Assembly (NCBI GenBank): GCA_965655095.1
Contig: OZ296652.1
Coordinates: 108,004,001 to 108,068,000, forward strand
Source of the DNA: Haplodiscus bocki
Taxonomy: Eukaryota
Reading direction: 5' to 3'
DNA: 64,000 bases
Both the position numbers and the translations under genes were made by a program. Under the pieces are notes generated by a model that saw nothing but the letters and a program-made list of their open reading frames with translations, was not told the DNA's origin and ran no database searches. Shown one piece after another: positions 1 to 11,851 of the stretch (position 1 is its first letter; every line of letters begins with the position of its first letter).

Positions 1-587
1 TTGAAATCACCAAAAATTATCAATTCCGAGCTTATAAATTGCAATATCAGATATAGTGCTTCGAATTTTGGAAAAAAAACTGAGGCAATCTGAATTTTTA
101 GTTTCTGTAAACAACACAAAAGTAATTCTGCATTTACTTCAATTTCGAAAACTCCGCATTCGATCTCACTCTTAAAATCAATTTTTAAAGCAATCCCATA
201 TTTCTCATAAAATGCAATTCTCTCAAATCTTTTTCGAGTGAGTGTTCTTCTGGTACAATCGGATTGTTTTTGATTTTTTTTGTCTTTGTTTTGACAGTTT
301 CCAAAAATTTAATTTCGAAGTCAAAAAAATTCGATGATTTTCAAACAGTTAAAAGGAGTTTTAAAATTCTACAAACTGAAATTTTCTGTGTGGTATGCGG
401 TTAACGCAGATGTCATTGAAAACGCAAAACATAACGTGTGGAGTTTGAAGTTTTCGCAAGACAAATTTAAAAAGAGGAAGATGTAAAAGTGAAAAAAACT
501 CTACCATTGAAATGAACATTTTTTTGAAAGCAAAAATTTTGAAGAAAAAATTTCAAAAACTAAATGATGAATTGCATAATTTACACT

Positions 588-1344
588 AATAAGACTTTAT
601 ACAACAAAAACCAATAAAAACGATATAGCCCCTGCACGAAAGACCTTTAGCTACGATTTTTCATTTGTTCTTTATTCGTTCGTTTGTTCCCACATTTTTT
701 GCTTGTTATTTTGCGCCATATTCTTAAGAATATGAAAGCAAAACCTTCCTCTCAAATAGGTCCGTTTTTTTTACCCGCTGTTTGCCAGTTGACCTCGCGT
801 AAACGAGCCAACATCAGTTGTTCACGTGTCTGAAATTTTTTTATCTAATTGTAGCAAGTTTGCCGCGGAATGCGACTGAAATAGTAAAATTTCTCAAAAC
901 ATTCAAAATTTGGGTTTTTCTAAGAAAATAGATTGGTTTTTCGTAAAAAAATCTTGAATTTTTTAAAAATCGCTAAAGGTGGCAAATTTGCCGTAGAATG
1001 CGACTGAAATAGTCAAAATTCTCAGAACATTCAAAATTTTGGGTTTTTGTTTAAAAGTAAATGGGCTATTCGAAAAAAGTTTTGAGCATTTCTTAAATCG
1101 CTTAAGGTAGCAAATTTGCTTTAGAATGCTTATCGAATTGTATAATTTAAAAATGTCTTTCCGGCCCTAGTTATGAGGTTTTTTTGACAAAAAAAATCAG
1201 AACATTTTGAACATTGGAAAAATTAGACAATCTGATGAAGAAAGAGTTTTTTTCAAGGAAAAAACGTTCTCATTTTTTAAAATTGAATCTTTACCAGAAA
1301 TTGGGAAGGCACGAAACATGCCGGTGATAGCCCGCCGTCTTGTT
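588..1344 (+). mobile_element. Non-autonomous Helentron/HINE-like (or MITE-like) element with internal 128-bp repeats
   Basis: Ends AATAAGAC (588) and GTCTTGTT (1337-1344) are a 7/8 inverted match. A GC-rich imperfect hairpin (gccggtgatagcccgcc) lies just before the 3' end. Internal units start at 853, 981 and 1109 (GCAAATTTGCCGTAGAATGCGACTGAAATAG-like). Confidence 0.55.
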
Positions 1345-2410
1345 TATACATTCCTTTCAGAAGAATAACACGAAATTTTTGTGAAGTGCTCTACGTTTCC
1401 GCCAATTCAACGAAAAATGTAGAAAGTGGTCATGTTAAAAATGCAGTATAGTAGAGTCCTCATCTTAGCTTAGTAAGGGATCAATTCTGGTCCAAAAACG
1501 TGCAAGTGCGTGTCAAAAATGAAAGCGATGAACGCAACCCCGAAAATTGAAAATTCGAGGTGTGAACGCTTCTAGACCTCCGTCATCCCTGTTAGACTTG
1601 CAGATACAACATGCAAAATGCATGCAAGCATGCAGCCAAATTTTCCTAAGAAATATGGAAAATTCAGGCAACTAGCATACATGTATTTTGAATGTTTTCG
1701 GTGCAGCAACAGCAATTTTTTTCAAGATGTCAAGATAGTAAGAAAACGTAAAAGTTATCGAACATCTACTGACTCAATCACTACCACTTCAGAGTTGCTT
1801 ATATTTGTTATGCCCTTCAGGCTTTGACCGTTAAGCTATTTTTTGCTACCAAGTTAGTCGCTGTGGTTATTTATAAGCTTAATTTGTTATATTTCGATTG
1901 TAATGCGCGACAAAATTGTAAGGTTTTCTGAGACAATATCCAAACACCATGTTTGAAACAAAATTGTTATCTTCTCACAAAGATGGGGCTCTAAATCCCC
2001 TATTGAAAGTGTTACTTCTGCGATATCAGTGACCATTTCTTGACGACCCAACATTAGAAAAATGGTGAGAAAGTGAAGATTTGATTCCTCAGTTTGAGAC
2101 TCTTCAAAAGTTTGGACAATTTACACCTGATCTTCAGATTTTGTTTTCTTCACAAACTCATATCCTGGTAACATGGTCGATGTTTTTTTTGTCATTTTGT
2201 TAACGCCGTTTGTACCATTTGGTAAATTGGAGTGAAAGAAATGAAGTTATTGCTTTTTCTGAATTTGGAATCTTTAGGTGCTTTTTACTTCTAAAAAAAT
2301 GGGGCTTCGATTATGAACCTGCACGAAAAGCTCTGCTGCTGTAAGCGACAATGACTTGACAAGTCGAAATACGATACAGGTTAAGCAAGTGTCACCTACA
2401 TCTGTGTCTC

Positions 2411-2618
2411 TTCAGCAAAACGTCCACGAATCATCAATCAACGCAATAACGATGTTTTGTTGTTTGCATAAAAATGATCATTGATTTTTCAATATCGCAT
2501 CGATGTCGCATCGAAGTCTCTTTTAAGAACATTCATGTTTTTTGATGACGACATTAACGATATTCATCAATGCTCTCAAGGTCTTCTCGCTTGCAGCTGT
2601 AAAGCCTGTTTGCTGCAG
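2411..2618. repeat. Degenerate MITE-like element with CATCGATG/CATCAAT motifs
   Basis: Starts CAGCAAAAC and ends GTTTGCTG (imperfect inverted ends); clustered catcaat/catcgat motifs inside. Confidence 0.3.
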
Positions 2619-4194
2619 TTTCCCGCTTTTAAATAATTCCAGCTGTGGCCAGCAGTGAATTGAAAGTGTTTGTTTGGGAAGGAAAGTGGAAGGAAAGCAC
2701 GAAAGGTGGGTAATAAATAGTTTGAATTTAGCTGGTTTTTATATAAAAATTTGTAAAAGTGAAAAAAAACTAAAAAATGCCAAATTGTTTCTTACCCAAG
2801 TTTGAGAAACCATCACCATTACATAATAAATAATAAGAGTTTTTAAGACTGGTAAATTTATACTTGAGATGTAGCAAATGGACCCCCACGTGCTCTGTGT
2901 GGAAACTGATAAGCAAGCAATTGAGTAGTCAATTTGGCAGTTTCGTACGAATGTGCCAATCATTCTGCTACCTACAGTTGAAATAATTGATGAGTTTTAA
3001 GTATGGCTGCTGGTGATTTGTAAACTGTCATCTAAACTTTGTTGGTCATTTTTTGTTGGGGCCCCCCTATATACGTGTACTTAAGTTTAACTGCTGTGTT
3101 GTTGTTTGAAATCCTTCAAATAGAATCTTCAGTCTCCAATGCTGAACTTACAGTTAGTTAAGAAAACATCTTTATTATTTTTGAGCAGACAGACAGACAG
3201 TTCGATATTAATAACTGCATGCATGTACGTACATGTGATTAAAAAAGAACACAAGCATAAAAGCGTGCTCATTTTGCAGCAAGCATTCATGCCACTCGGG
3301 TTGGCAAAAATGATATATCAAAAAACAATTGACAATAGATAATTCTAAACAAGCTACTTTTGCTGAAAAATGCCGATACAGATGTTTTTTCTTAAATGAA
3401 CTTTTATTTTCCCAAGTTTTTTTGCGTATGAACTCCAAATTTTGGGACACTTGTTGTTAGTGAGGTGATTGATACTTCCCAGGGTCACCAATCATGGATA
3501 ACCATCCATCACTCATGGCACCCATGCCGGAAATCAATTTATGATCATTTAACAATGACGGATGATCAGGGATGATTGTCAGTGAAACCGAAAAATAATC
3601 ATGGATGACTATCCATGAAAACAAATAAATAGAATGAATGGAGCCGAAAAATACCGTAGATTCTTCCATCCATAGAACAAAAAAATCCATGTTTAATCGA
3701 TTCCCAATTTTCCCCCGAGCCCAATAATATAGAAACAAAGTTCGGAAATTTGTAGTAAAAAGCGACCTTTTCGACATCAATAATAAGCAAGAGCCCACTT
3801 TATGCCTCTTTGCCCCATACATAAGTTATACTGAAAGTAAATCCAAATAAAAAGCATTTTTGTGTTTTTCCACGTGCACGAAAAAAAACGGCATTTCTAG
3901 TATTATCATCACTTGAAAGTAACAGGATGCACCATTAGAGGGCCTCCATTGGGCCGCAAAAATGACAGCAGAAAAAAAAACAAAAAAAGGCGTTTACCAA
4001 ACCAAAGAGCAAAGACTTCAAAACCATCAAACGTCAAAACATAGTAATGAAAAAATGTCCAGCATTAGTTTTAACTACCAGCAAGATATTCAAAGATATT
4101 CAGACTGATGTCCATTCATTGGAATTTCTGAGGCGCGCCGCTAATGAGACCATTCAGACCTCACATGACACCCGGGTCGAACTTTTTTGGGAAA

Positions 4195-4345
4195 ACGCCG
4201 CTATTTTTCCGGTATAGCGGCGTTAACGCCGCTAACGCCGTTAACTTACAAGCAAAACGCCGTTAACGCCTTTATATCAACAAAAAAAACGCCGTTAACT
4301 CCGTTAACGCCGTTAGCGTTCCGGTTAAACACCGTTAACGCTGTT
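4195..4345. repeat. Subterminal array of AACGCCGTT / GTTAACGCC motifs
   Basis: About ten degenerate 9-bp units directly visible. Confidence 0.9.
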
Positions 4346-4479
4346 ATACCAGAAAAAACTTGTGTCTACAAAAAATCTGATTTTCTCACTCCATGAAGAA
4401 TGAGAAACTCACGGTCAATCCTTTTTTTGACAAAGGATTAGGAGGCTTCAAGAGCATATTTAATGGAAAGTGTGGGAGA

Positions 4480-6240
4480 ACTGCCGGGACTGGAGTCCGG
4501 GCCTGAACGTGGCGGCATTGGCAGTGTCACTGAACTTGCCACGATCAAACAAGAGTACAAAAAAGTTGATCATTTTACAACCAGACTAGTTGGAGTCTTG
4601 CAGAAGTTTTCACAGTTTCAACCTAAAAGCCTCTCTCAAAATAATTTTAGTTTATTTGTTCCTGGTTACAAGGTCCTCCTTCAGTTGTTGCCTTTCGAGT
4701 TTTTTGTGGTTCCTTCCTTTTGTTCTCTAATGCCAAACGTGCAAGTTTTGAGTTTTTGGTCTGAATTATTCAAACGGTTATTAGGGGAAACTCATGTTTT
4801 CGGAAGGACCTTCATTTTTTGTATTTTTCTTTGTAATGGTGGAGCTTTTAAAACGTTCCGACACGTGGTAGACCTGTCAGTGTCATTGACCATGTCAGTG
4901 CCAGCTCAGACTACGTAAAAATTGAACAGGTCACGACTTGTCTTCCTAATTCTGGTTTTGCAAGACCCAACGGTTTTGATGTGAATGCTTTTTATCAAGT
5001 TTTGTTTAGTTTAGGTCTTACTGTTTACAAGGGCAATATTCAGTTGATGGCTTCAAGGTCCTGGTGTCCAACTGGGTTTTTTTGAAAGGTCGAGAATAAT
5101 GTTTCCGTTCATTTTATCGTCCTAAATGTTCAAAATGTTTTCCTGTTGAAACACATGTTTTCGGGAGGTCCTTCATTTTTCATACCTTTGTTTGTAATCA
5201 TGGGGCTTTGAATTTGCGCCTGCACGTGGTGGCGTGGCCAGCGTCAGTGACCATGTCTTGACCAGCCAAGATTACATTGAAGTTGAAAACGTCAGCACTT
5301 GACTTCTCAGTTCTCGTCTTGCAAATTTCCAACTATTTTGATCTGAATGTTCTTTTTTCAATTCTTCGTCAATTTTTTTCTTCCTAGTTACAAGGTCCGT
5401 CGTCAATTTTTGGATTTAGGGGCAATGTGTTTCACGGGGTTTTTTGGTCGAGGCTAAAATTGTGTTTTTTTTCGTCTGAATCTTCAAATTGTTTTCCGTT
5501 AAGACGCATGCTTTCGAAGGGCACTTCATTTTTTATACTTTTTGTTTGTAATGACGGGGCTTCGAATTTGCACCTGCACTTGGTAGCCTTGCCAGTGTCA
5601 ATGACCATGTCATGACCGACCAAGTCTGCATAAAAATTGAACATGTCAGGACGTGACTCCTTAGTTGTAGTCTTGCATGGTTCCAACAGTTCCAATCTGA
5701 ACGTGTTTTTTTTCAAGTTTTGTTTTGTTTAATTCCTACTGTTTACAAGGGACATATAAATTTATTGTTTTCAGAGTCCTTGCGTTGCGTTCAACTGTTT
5801 CTTTATGCGAAGTTGATATTCTTTTTTCTGCAATTTGTTGGTCTGAAGCTTCAAACGGTTTCCCCGACAAATCCATGTTTTCGGAAGGTCTTTCTTTTTT
5901 TTACTCTTAGTGTAATGATGATACCTTGAATTTGTGCCTGCGCATTAGGTTAACGAAATCAGTTTCGGTTGATGGTTTGTGGGTCCCAATGTTCCACAAT
6001 TTTGTTTGCTACAGCCACATTGGTATGCTTTGCGAGTTAGTCTGCGAGCATTTATTTTTCTTTCTCAGCAAAAATCTTGCTTTTCATTATCCTTCACTGG
6101 CATTCAAAATTTTTTCGCACCTACACGTAAAACATCTGCCAGTGTTAGCGATACCAAAAGCATGAACAGTATTACAGACACTCCGTGGATCTTAACGTCT
6201 TCTGGCATTCATTTCTCAGGATTACAGAAGTCGAATTAGC
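4480..6240 (-). pseudogene. Decayed ORF made of ~119-aa tandem repeats (4-5 units of ~355-360 nt), unknown function
   Basis: Minus-strand translations align: CKTTTKESRPDMFNFYADLVGHDMVIDTGKATKCRCKFEAP (ORF 5432-5716), CKTRTEKSSADVFNFNVILAGQDMVTDAGHATTCRRKFKAP (~5200-5320), CKTRIRKTSRDLFNFYVV*AGTDMVNDTDRSTTCRNVLKAP (~4840-4960). Stops and frameshifts present. Confidence 0.65.
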
Positions 6241-6483
6241 AAGAAAAGCTAAAACTTTTTCTTATACCTTGAAACGCCCTTATACCGGAAAAAGTTCGGC
6301 CAATATTTCGACCCGGGCAGGACTCACCACAAAAAGTGGTTTCCATTGGTGTTGAAAAAGTGAAGAGCATTGATAAAATTGCAAGAATAGTATGATCCAG
6401 ATTACTTGTGTTCTGTTTGCTTCATCTTGAAAGATTTCTGTGAGTCAAAAGTTACATTGAGGACTATTAGTTTCGCTGAGGAG

Positions 6484-6654
6484 CCTGGTTACCCGAATTG
6501 AGGTCTCAGAGGATTTCAGCGCTTATCATTTCTGATTCAGAAATTATCAGCATTAACCAGCGCTGTTTAAGATCTGAACCAGCGCTGATCAGCGCTGAAA
6601 AAGTCATATATCTTAAAAAGCGCTGATCAGTTCTGGTTATCTCTTCACACCGGG
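6484..6654. repeat. Short MITE-like element with CAGCGCTG motif array
   Basis: Repeated (C)AGCGCTG at ~6558, 6580, 6590, 6619; imperfect ends CCTGGT...ACCGGG; no clear TSD. Confidence 0.45.
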
Positions 6655-7654
6655 TATAAAGTTGGCGTTCGTGCTGAAAAGTTGGAAAGAGTCTAAGTTA
6701 TGTCATTGAAAGTTTTGGCGCCAACCGCAGCAGTTTTTCACTTTCCTGTAAGTTTTCTTTTGAGATTGTAGCATCAAAAACATCATAGTGAGACTGTTTC
6801 TTGTTTTCAGGCTTGATCATGAAATTATTATCAATGTACACTGAAAACATTCTAAGAAAATTTATTGACACAACAATGCATAGCGGGGTTGTCACTCCCT
6901 ACGGTAATCGCTAGTCAGATTCACGAGTGTGTTCAGGTATTTTCTTCGCTGTTCATTTTCCTTGTCATAGCTGATTGGCCACATTCGGTTTCTCTATTGT
7001 GCAAAAAGTCAATATTTTTGTGATTATCAATATCGCGTTACACATAACGCTTAAACGTTAATTAATTAAAACATGATTAATTAAATAAAACTAACCTCTT
7101 CTGGAAGGTGGAATAGAAGGTAAAAAAAATAGAAAAGCTTATGGATAATTAAACCGTTGGATTTGCACAAATAAATTTTACGAGAAATTTCTAACGGGAG
7201 CTATTTTCCTACTGGCTCCAGCTGCCAACCATGCTTGGTACAAGCTGTTTTTTATTGGTTGCATGAAACGGCAACATGCTGTTACTTTGGAGTCGATCTG
7301 GGAAAAGGACTCGATCATTATTCTCTTTCCCGCTTAACGGACGGGACTCCTTACTTCTCTTCTGACTTGTTTTATTTTACTCTCCTTCTCCCTTTTTACT
7401 TCGACAAATTATTTCAAGTCCAACTCCCTTTCTCCCTTTTGTTTTTTGGAGAAAAATTTCTAAGTCCAATTTCTCTTCTCTATTCTCTTTGGACAAAAAC
7501 ATTCTAAGTCCAACTTCATTTCTGCAAAAGTAATCAAAGACAATTTCAAATTCTGTCTTAGCCGCAAAATCAATTCGATTTCGCAAACATATTCCAAGTC
7601 CCATTTATTTTCTGACTTAGAAAAATTTCCTCTTTCTGCCTACAAATTCATATT

Positions 7655-7900
7655 CTTGCCTCCGGATTCTAAACGGTGTCCACTAACGCTAGCTTCGGCA
7701 TTGGCGTGTGCTGACTCCGTGGATGAACTTCAGTTCTGAAACAAGAGCGAATTTTAATTTGCACAACTTTTTATTTATTCTATACTGTTGCCGCTGGAGT
7801 CTAAACAGTGTCCACTAACGCGAGCTTCGGTATTAGCGTGTGCGGATTCCGCTGACGAGCTCCGGTTTTGAAACATGAGTGGATCTTAAACTGCACGACC
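7655..7900 (+). repeat. Two diverged direct repeats, 132-bp period
   Basis: TCTAAACRGTGTCCACTAACGC.AGCTTCGG... at 7668 and 7800. Confidence 0.85.
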
Positions 7901-8956
7901 TCCACGAGGTTCCTAGGAAAAGAGAATTGACGTTACATAGATCAAATCTCGCCTCGTCTGCTTCCGTGGTATTTAGAATTCATTCTAAATTCCGAGATAC
8001 GGATTAAATATGCAGGAACCGTCCCTTTTCTTTGTAAAAGCCGAACAATTTCATTGATTCGAAATTCCCTATTCAAAACTTCCCTATTCAATTCCTTCGC
8101 AAGTCAGATCTACAAGAGGAGAGTCCCAGAGTTACCAGCAGATCACCCGACTCAATCAACGGTATCCGTTAGTTAAAAAGATTCCTAGTTCGAAACGAGT
8201 ATATCTCTCTGATCAATTCTAATTTTCTTTAAATCTTTTCCGTAAAACCTACTAGACAAAACTCTCGGTTGGAAAGAAAGCGAACTAAGAGAACATCGCC
8301 AGGTTGTCGTCTTAAACGAGCTTTTACCTGAGTAATAGACAAAACTTAAAACCAATCGAACCCCGCCAATAAATCCGGAGATTTTTTCACGGTTTGGAAA
8401 ATTCGGGGAAATTAAGCACTATAACCAAATGCTATGCTGATGCAAGAACTGAGTGTAGACTAAAGGATAAGATTTTATATACGACATAAATTTAACAAAT
8501 AAAAAGTAGAACTAACACAAACTAAAACCGAATCAAAAAACAGTGCTAGAAAAAAAAGGAGAAACAAGGTCTCCTTCCTGGCTCAAACAAAAAAAGCCAG
8601 TATTAGCGTACCTCTTACGTGAATACATCCCAACCAACAATTATTGGGAGTCCTGTTTTATTCTTTTCGAAATTAACTTACAATTTGGTTCTTTGGGTTT
8701 TTAGTATTATTCACAATTTGGATTGATTTTGAACGTTTATGATAAACTGTAGCTCTCAATTTCTGATATTCTCTAGATTTTATAATGATTTTTTTATTAT
8801 GAAGATTTAGCCAGCATTCTTCTGTGTAGGACATCCTACGAGTAATTCTTGAATTTCTTGATTATTTACATCTGAGCTTCTATTGCAGGATTGATGATAA
8901 TTCTTTTAATGTGGGATTATATACAATTGTGGAAGAGGATTTATAAGGGAAAATTT

Positions 8957-9912
8957 TGATAAGCTTCGCTGCAAATTTTATACAACTGTGTAAACAAAGC
9001 TCACTGGATTATACTACTACTCCCACTTCTATCGCTCAGCTAGACGTGACTTAGTTACCATATGGTGCCGTCTTCTTTTCATCTCGATGGCATATGGTTG
9101 TTTTTTTGGCTGACTGAATAATTGATTATTTCGTTTTCTATTTTCCTTTCATCGCTCATAAAGTCCTTGCTATTGAACTTACGCACTCTTTGCTTGTGGA
9201 GCCAGCAAGGCAACGAAAATGGAGAGATAAAAGCTCTACAGACTCATTCCGTTTATTAACAAAATAATTGAAGCGCATCTGCCGCCGCTTTAATGGACTG
9301 TTGGTCACAAGCGAGCTGAAGATTAGAACCAAATAATATTTTCAATTTCTATCTCTCTCAACTATCCATGCTCTGCGAAATCAACTTCCGATCTTTTTCT
9401 TTTATCAAGTGTGAATGATATCCAAGTAGATATTCATGTTTAAGGTAACGGCCCTTGACTACATCGAGACTCTAAAGCGCTGCAGTCCAGAGCAAATACG
9501 CATGGCGCAGCGCAATTGCCAAACTCGAAGAAAGGTATGTATGTAGTAGTGATTGAGTAGAAAATTTCGATCTGAGATCGAACGATTTTCAAAACTTCGA
9601 AGTCCCTTCTGAGAAGTTTTGTTATTCCGACATGCTGGGCATCAAAGTGAGCAAACTTGAACGAATAAAAGCAAGAAAAGACAAGCTCGAACAGACGGCA
9701 ACGAACAAAGGAGAATCCCGAATATGAAGAGTACGCGGTCAAAGACAGAACACTCTCGTAAATTTAGCATTTTAGCTGCTGATTAGAGAGAGACGACAGC
9801 ACCATCAAGATAGGACGCTCCTTTTTTACAGAACGATTCAAGTTCGAGTTAGAGGGCTGAGTGAGAATAACGTGAGATGTCAATCCACAATGTCATCTTC
9901 CCTCTCCTGACA
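8957..9912 (+). mobile_element. Putative 3' LTR of a decayed LTR retrotransposon (internal remnant ~7100-8950)
   Basis: TGATAAGCT start follows a purine-rich tract (ggaagaggatttataagggaaaa) and the segment ends TGACA. Same first 9 nt as the candidate LTR at 61977. No partner LTR seen. Confidence 0.3.
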
Positions 9913-11417
9913 GAACTCAGCACGGAAAATTCGGTATCAAAACTTCAAGATATCAAGTGGGTGGAAAATTTTCCGTTGTTCTGTACTTGGTATGTCAAAA
10001 CCCCATTCTTTTTAATTGGCCTTTTCCAAAGTTTTTACTGCATAAAATGTTTGATTGGCGACCAAAAGAAGTTTGGAGAGTAGCTGTGTCCTGGAAAGTA
10101 GTAAATCAAAAATTGTACATTTCGCGTCAAGACTCCATGAACCCAGTTCTAGAGAGGGCTTTCGATCAAATTTTAGTTTCTCAGGGCAGCAAAACTTCTA
10201 GAATTTCAACAGCCAGTCCGTCCTCTTTCTGGCTTTCTAAATGTTAATTTGCTATTTTTATGGCTATTGTATAAATCCATTCTCTTTCAGCTTTTGTGTA
10301 ATAAAATCGCTTTGTTAACCCGAGTTTAACTCGATTGCTTTTTTCGCTTAAGTTCGGCTTGTTTGCCTGTGGACAACGTTTTTAAAGGCAGTACTTCGTC
10401 CAAAAAAGCCCAAAAACAGTCGTCCTAAGTCGGTCTTCCTCCAGTTTCGCAGGCAGCAAAAATCGTTCCCTGTGGTAATCATATCAGCTGGACTTCCGAT
10501 CTCAAAGCTCTTACTTCTTTCTTGAAGGCTTCTGAAAAAGCTCCTGAAGAACCTATAAGGAAACAATCAATTGCGTTCATTTCTTACCATTCTGATGTCA
10601 AACTGCAACAATTTCTGTCAGAACTGTAGGACAAAAGACCCACAAATATTCACTATACCGAACAACCCGATTTTGAAAATGCCACAGCAATGAAAAAATA
10701 GCCGCGTCGTAACGCTAAAAGTTTCAGTACGCTTCTAGGTACCTAATTTTAATGACTTTTCAGAAGATTAGCGGTCAGACCAAAATTTAATAAAAGTCAA
10801 GACGTTCAAACAAAATAATTTTCAAAAAAATAGTTGGTGCCAAAAAATTGAGTATACCTCACTGATGATATCTTCATGAGTTTTTGTTCAAAATTTAAAG
10901 AAAGACTTGAATTGCCAACATTTCGTATTTCTTATCCACAAGTTTTCACATAGAGACATTTTTATGAAATTTAATTTTGCCAAAGTTGAGATTCACTAAT
11001 TTGCATTGGTATGTTCTTGTTCATTGCCGGCCGAGATTTTGAATTTTGCCAGCTAAAAAACTAATTTGAACAATTTCTTAAAGCACTTGAGCTTTCCGGA
11101 GAAAGTTTCTGCCAGTGAGCCTTTTCTGATAAAATCTCCAAATTTTTGTTGCCAAAACTTTCTCCGCAATCTTCCGAGTTTTGGAAAACTTCAATTTGCA
11201 AATATTGAGAACTTTTGCGAGGTAGAGCTATTTTTTTGGCAAGGAATTTTATACAGAGTAAAGAATTTCATTGCAAGGAGTTTTTTTAAATAGCGTCAAA
11301 TTAACGACATCCAATAAGTAATATGAGAACGCTTTTAATTACTCAATTATTATGGTTGTTCTAATCTTGGTTATTCTGGCTTGGGGTTTTTAGTGACGTT
11401 GGGTATTTTGGCCTTGG

Positions 11418-11851
11418 GTACTGCAGGCGTGTGTATTTTGGGCTTTGGTGTTTCGGGGTGGAGCTTTTATCATTGTGTGAAAATAGTTTAACTTGTCTCA
11501 TACTCCTCGTTGGTAATCGCTCGTCGAAAATGTGAGAAAGCGCCAAAGTGGTAACAAATATCCGTAACATAATGACACATTTCCTCCATTTGAAAACCGC
11601 AACCACTCCACTTATGGTGTATAATGTCATTCAAGTACTGCAGGCGTGTGTATTTTGGGCTTGGGTGTTTCGGGGTGGAGCTTTTATCATTGTGTGAAAA
11701 TAGTTTAACTTGTCTCATACTCCTCGTTGGTAATCGCTCGTCGAAAATGTGAGAAAGCGCCAAAGTGGTAACAAATATCCGTAACATAATGACACATTTC
11801 CTCCATTTGAAAACCGCAACCACTCCACTTATGGTGTATAATGTCATTCAA
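11418..11851 (+). repeat. 217-bp tandem duplication
   Basis: Copies 11418-11634 and 11635-11851; one mismatch noticed (ggctttgg vs ggcttggg). Explains the duplicated ORFs 11361-11630 and 11488-11847. Confidence 0.95.

Larger units (their letters stand above)
4171..6317. mobile_element. CACTA/CMC-like non-autonomous DNA transposon, 2.1 kb
   Basis: Perfect 11-bp TIR CCCGGGTCGAA (4171-4181) / TTCGACCCGGG (6307-6317). Matching subterminal inverted motif tttttccggtata / tataccggaaaaa. 2-bp TSD CA on both flanks. Subterminal AACGCCGTT array. Confidence 0.85.

Noticed and set aside
3478-3960. CCCAGG-starting segment with CATGGAT/ATCCATG motifs, possible CMC MITE
   Set aside because: No matching right terminus found.
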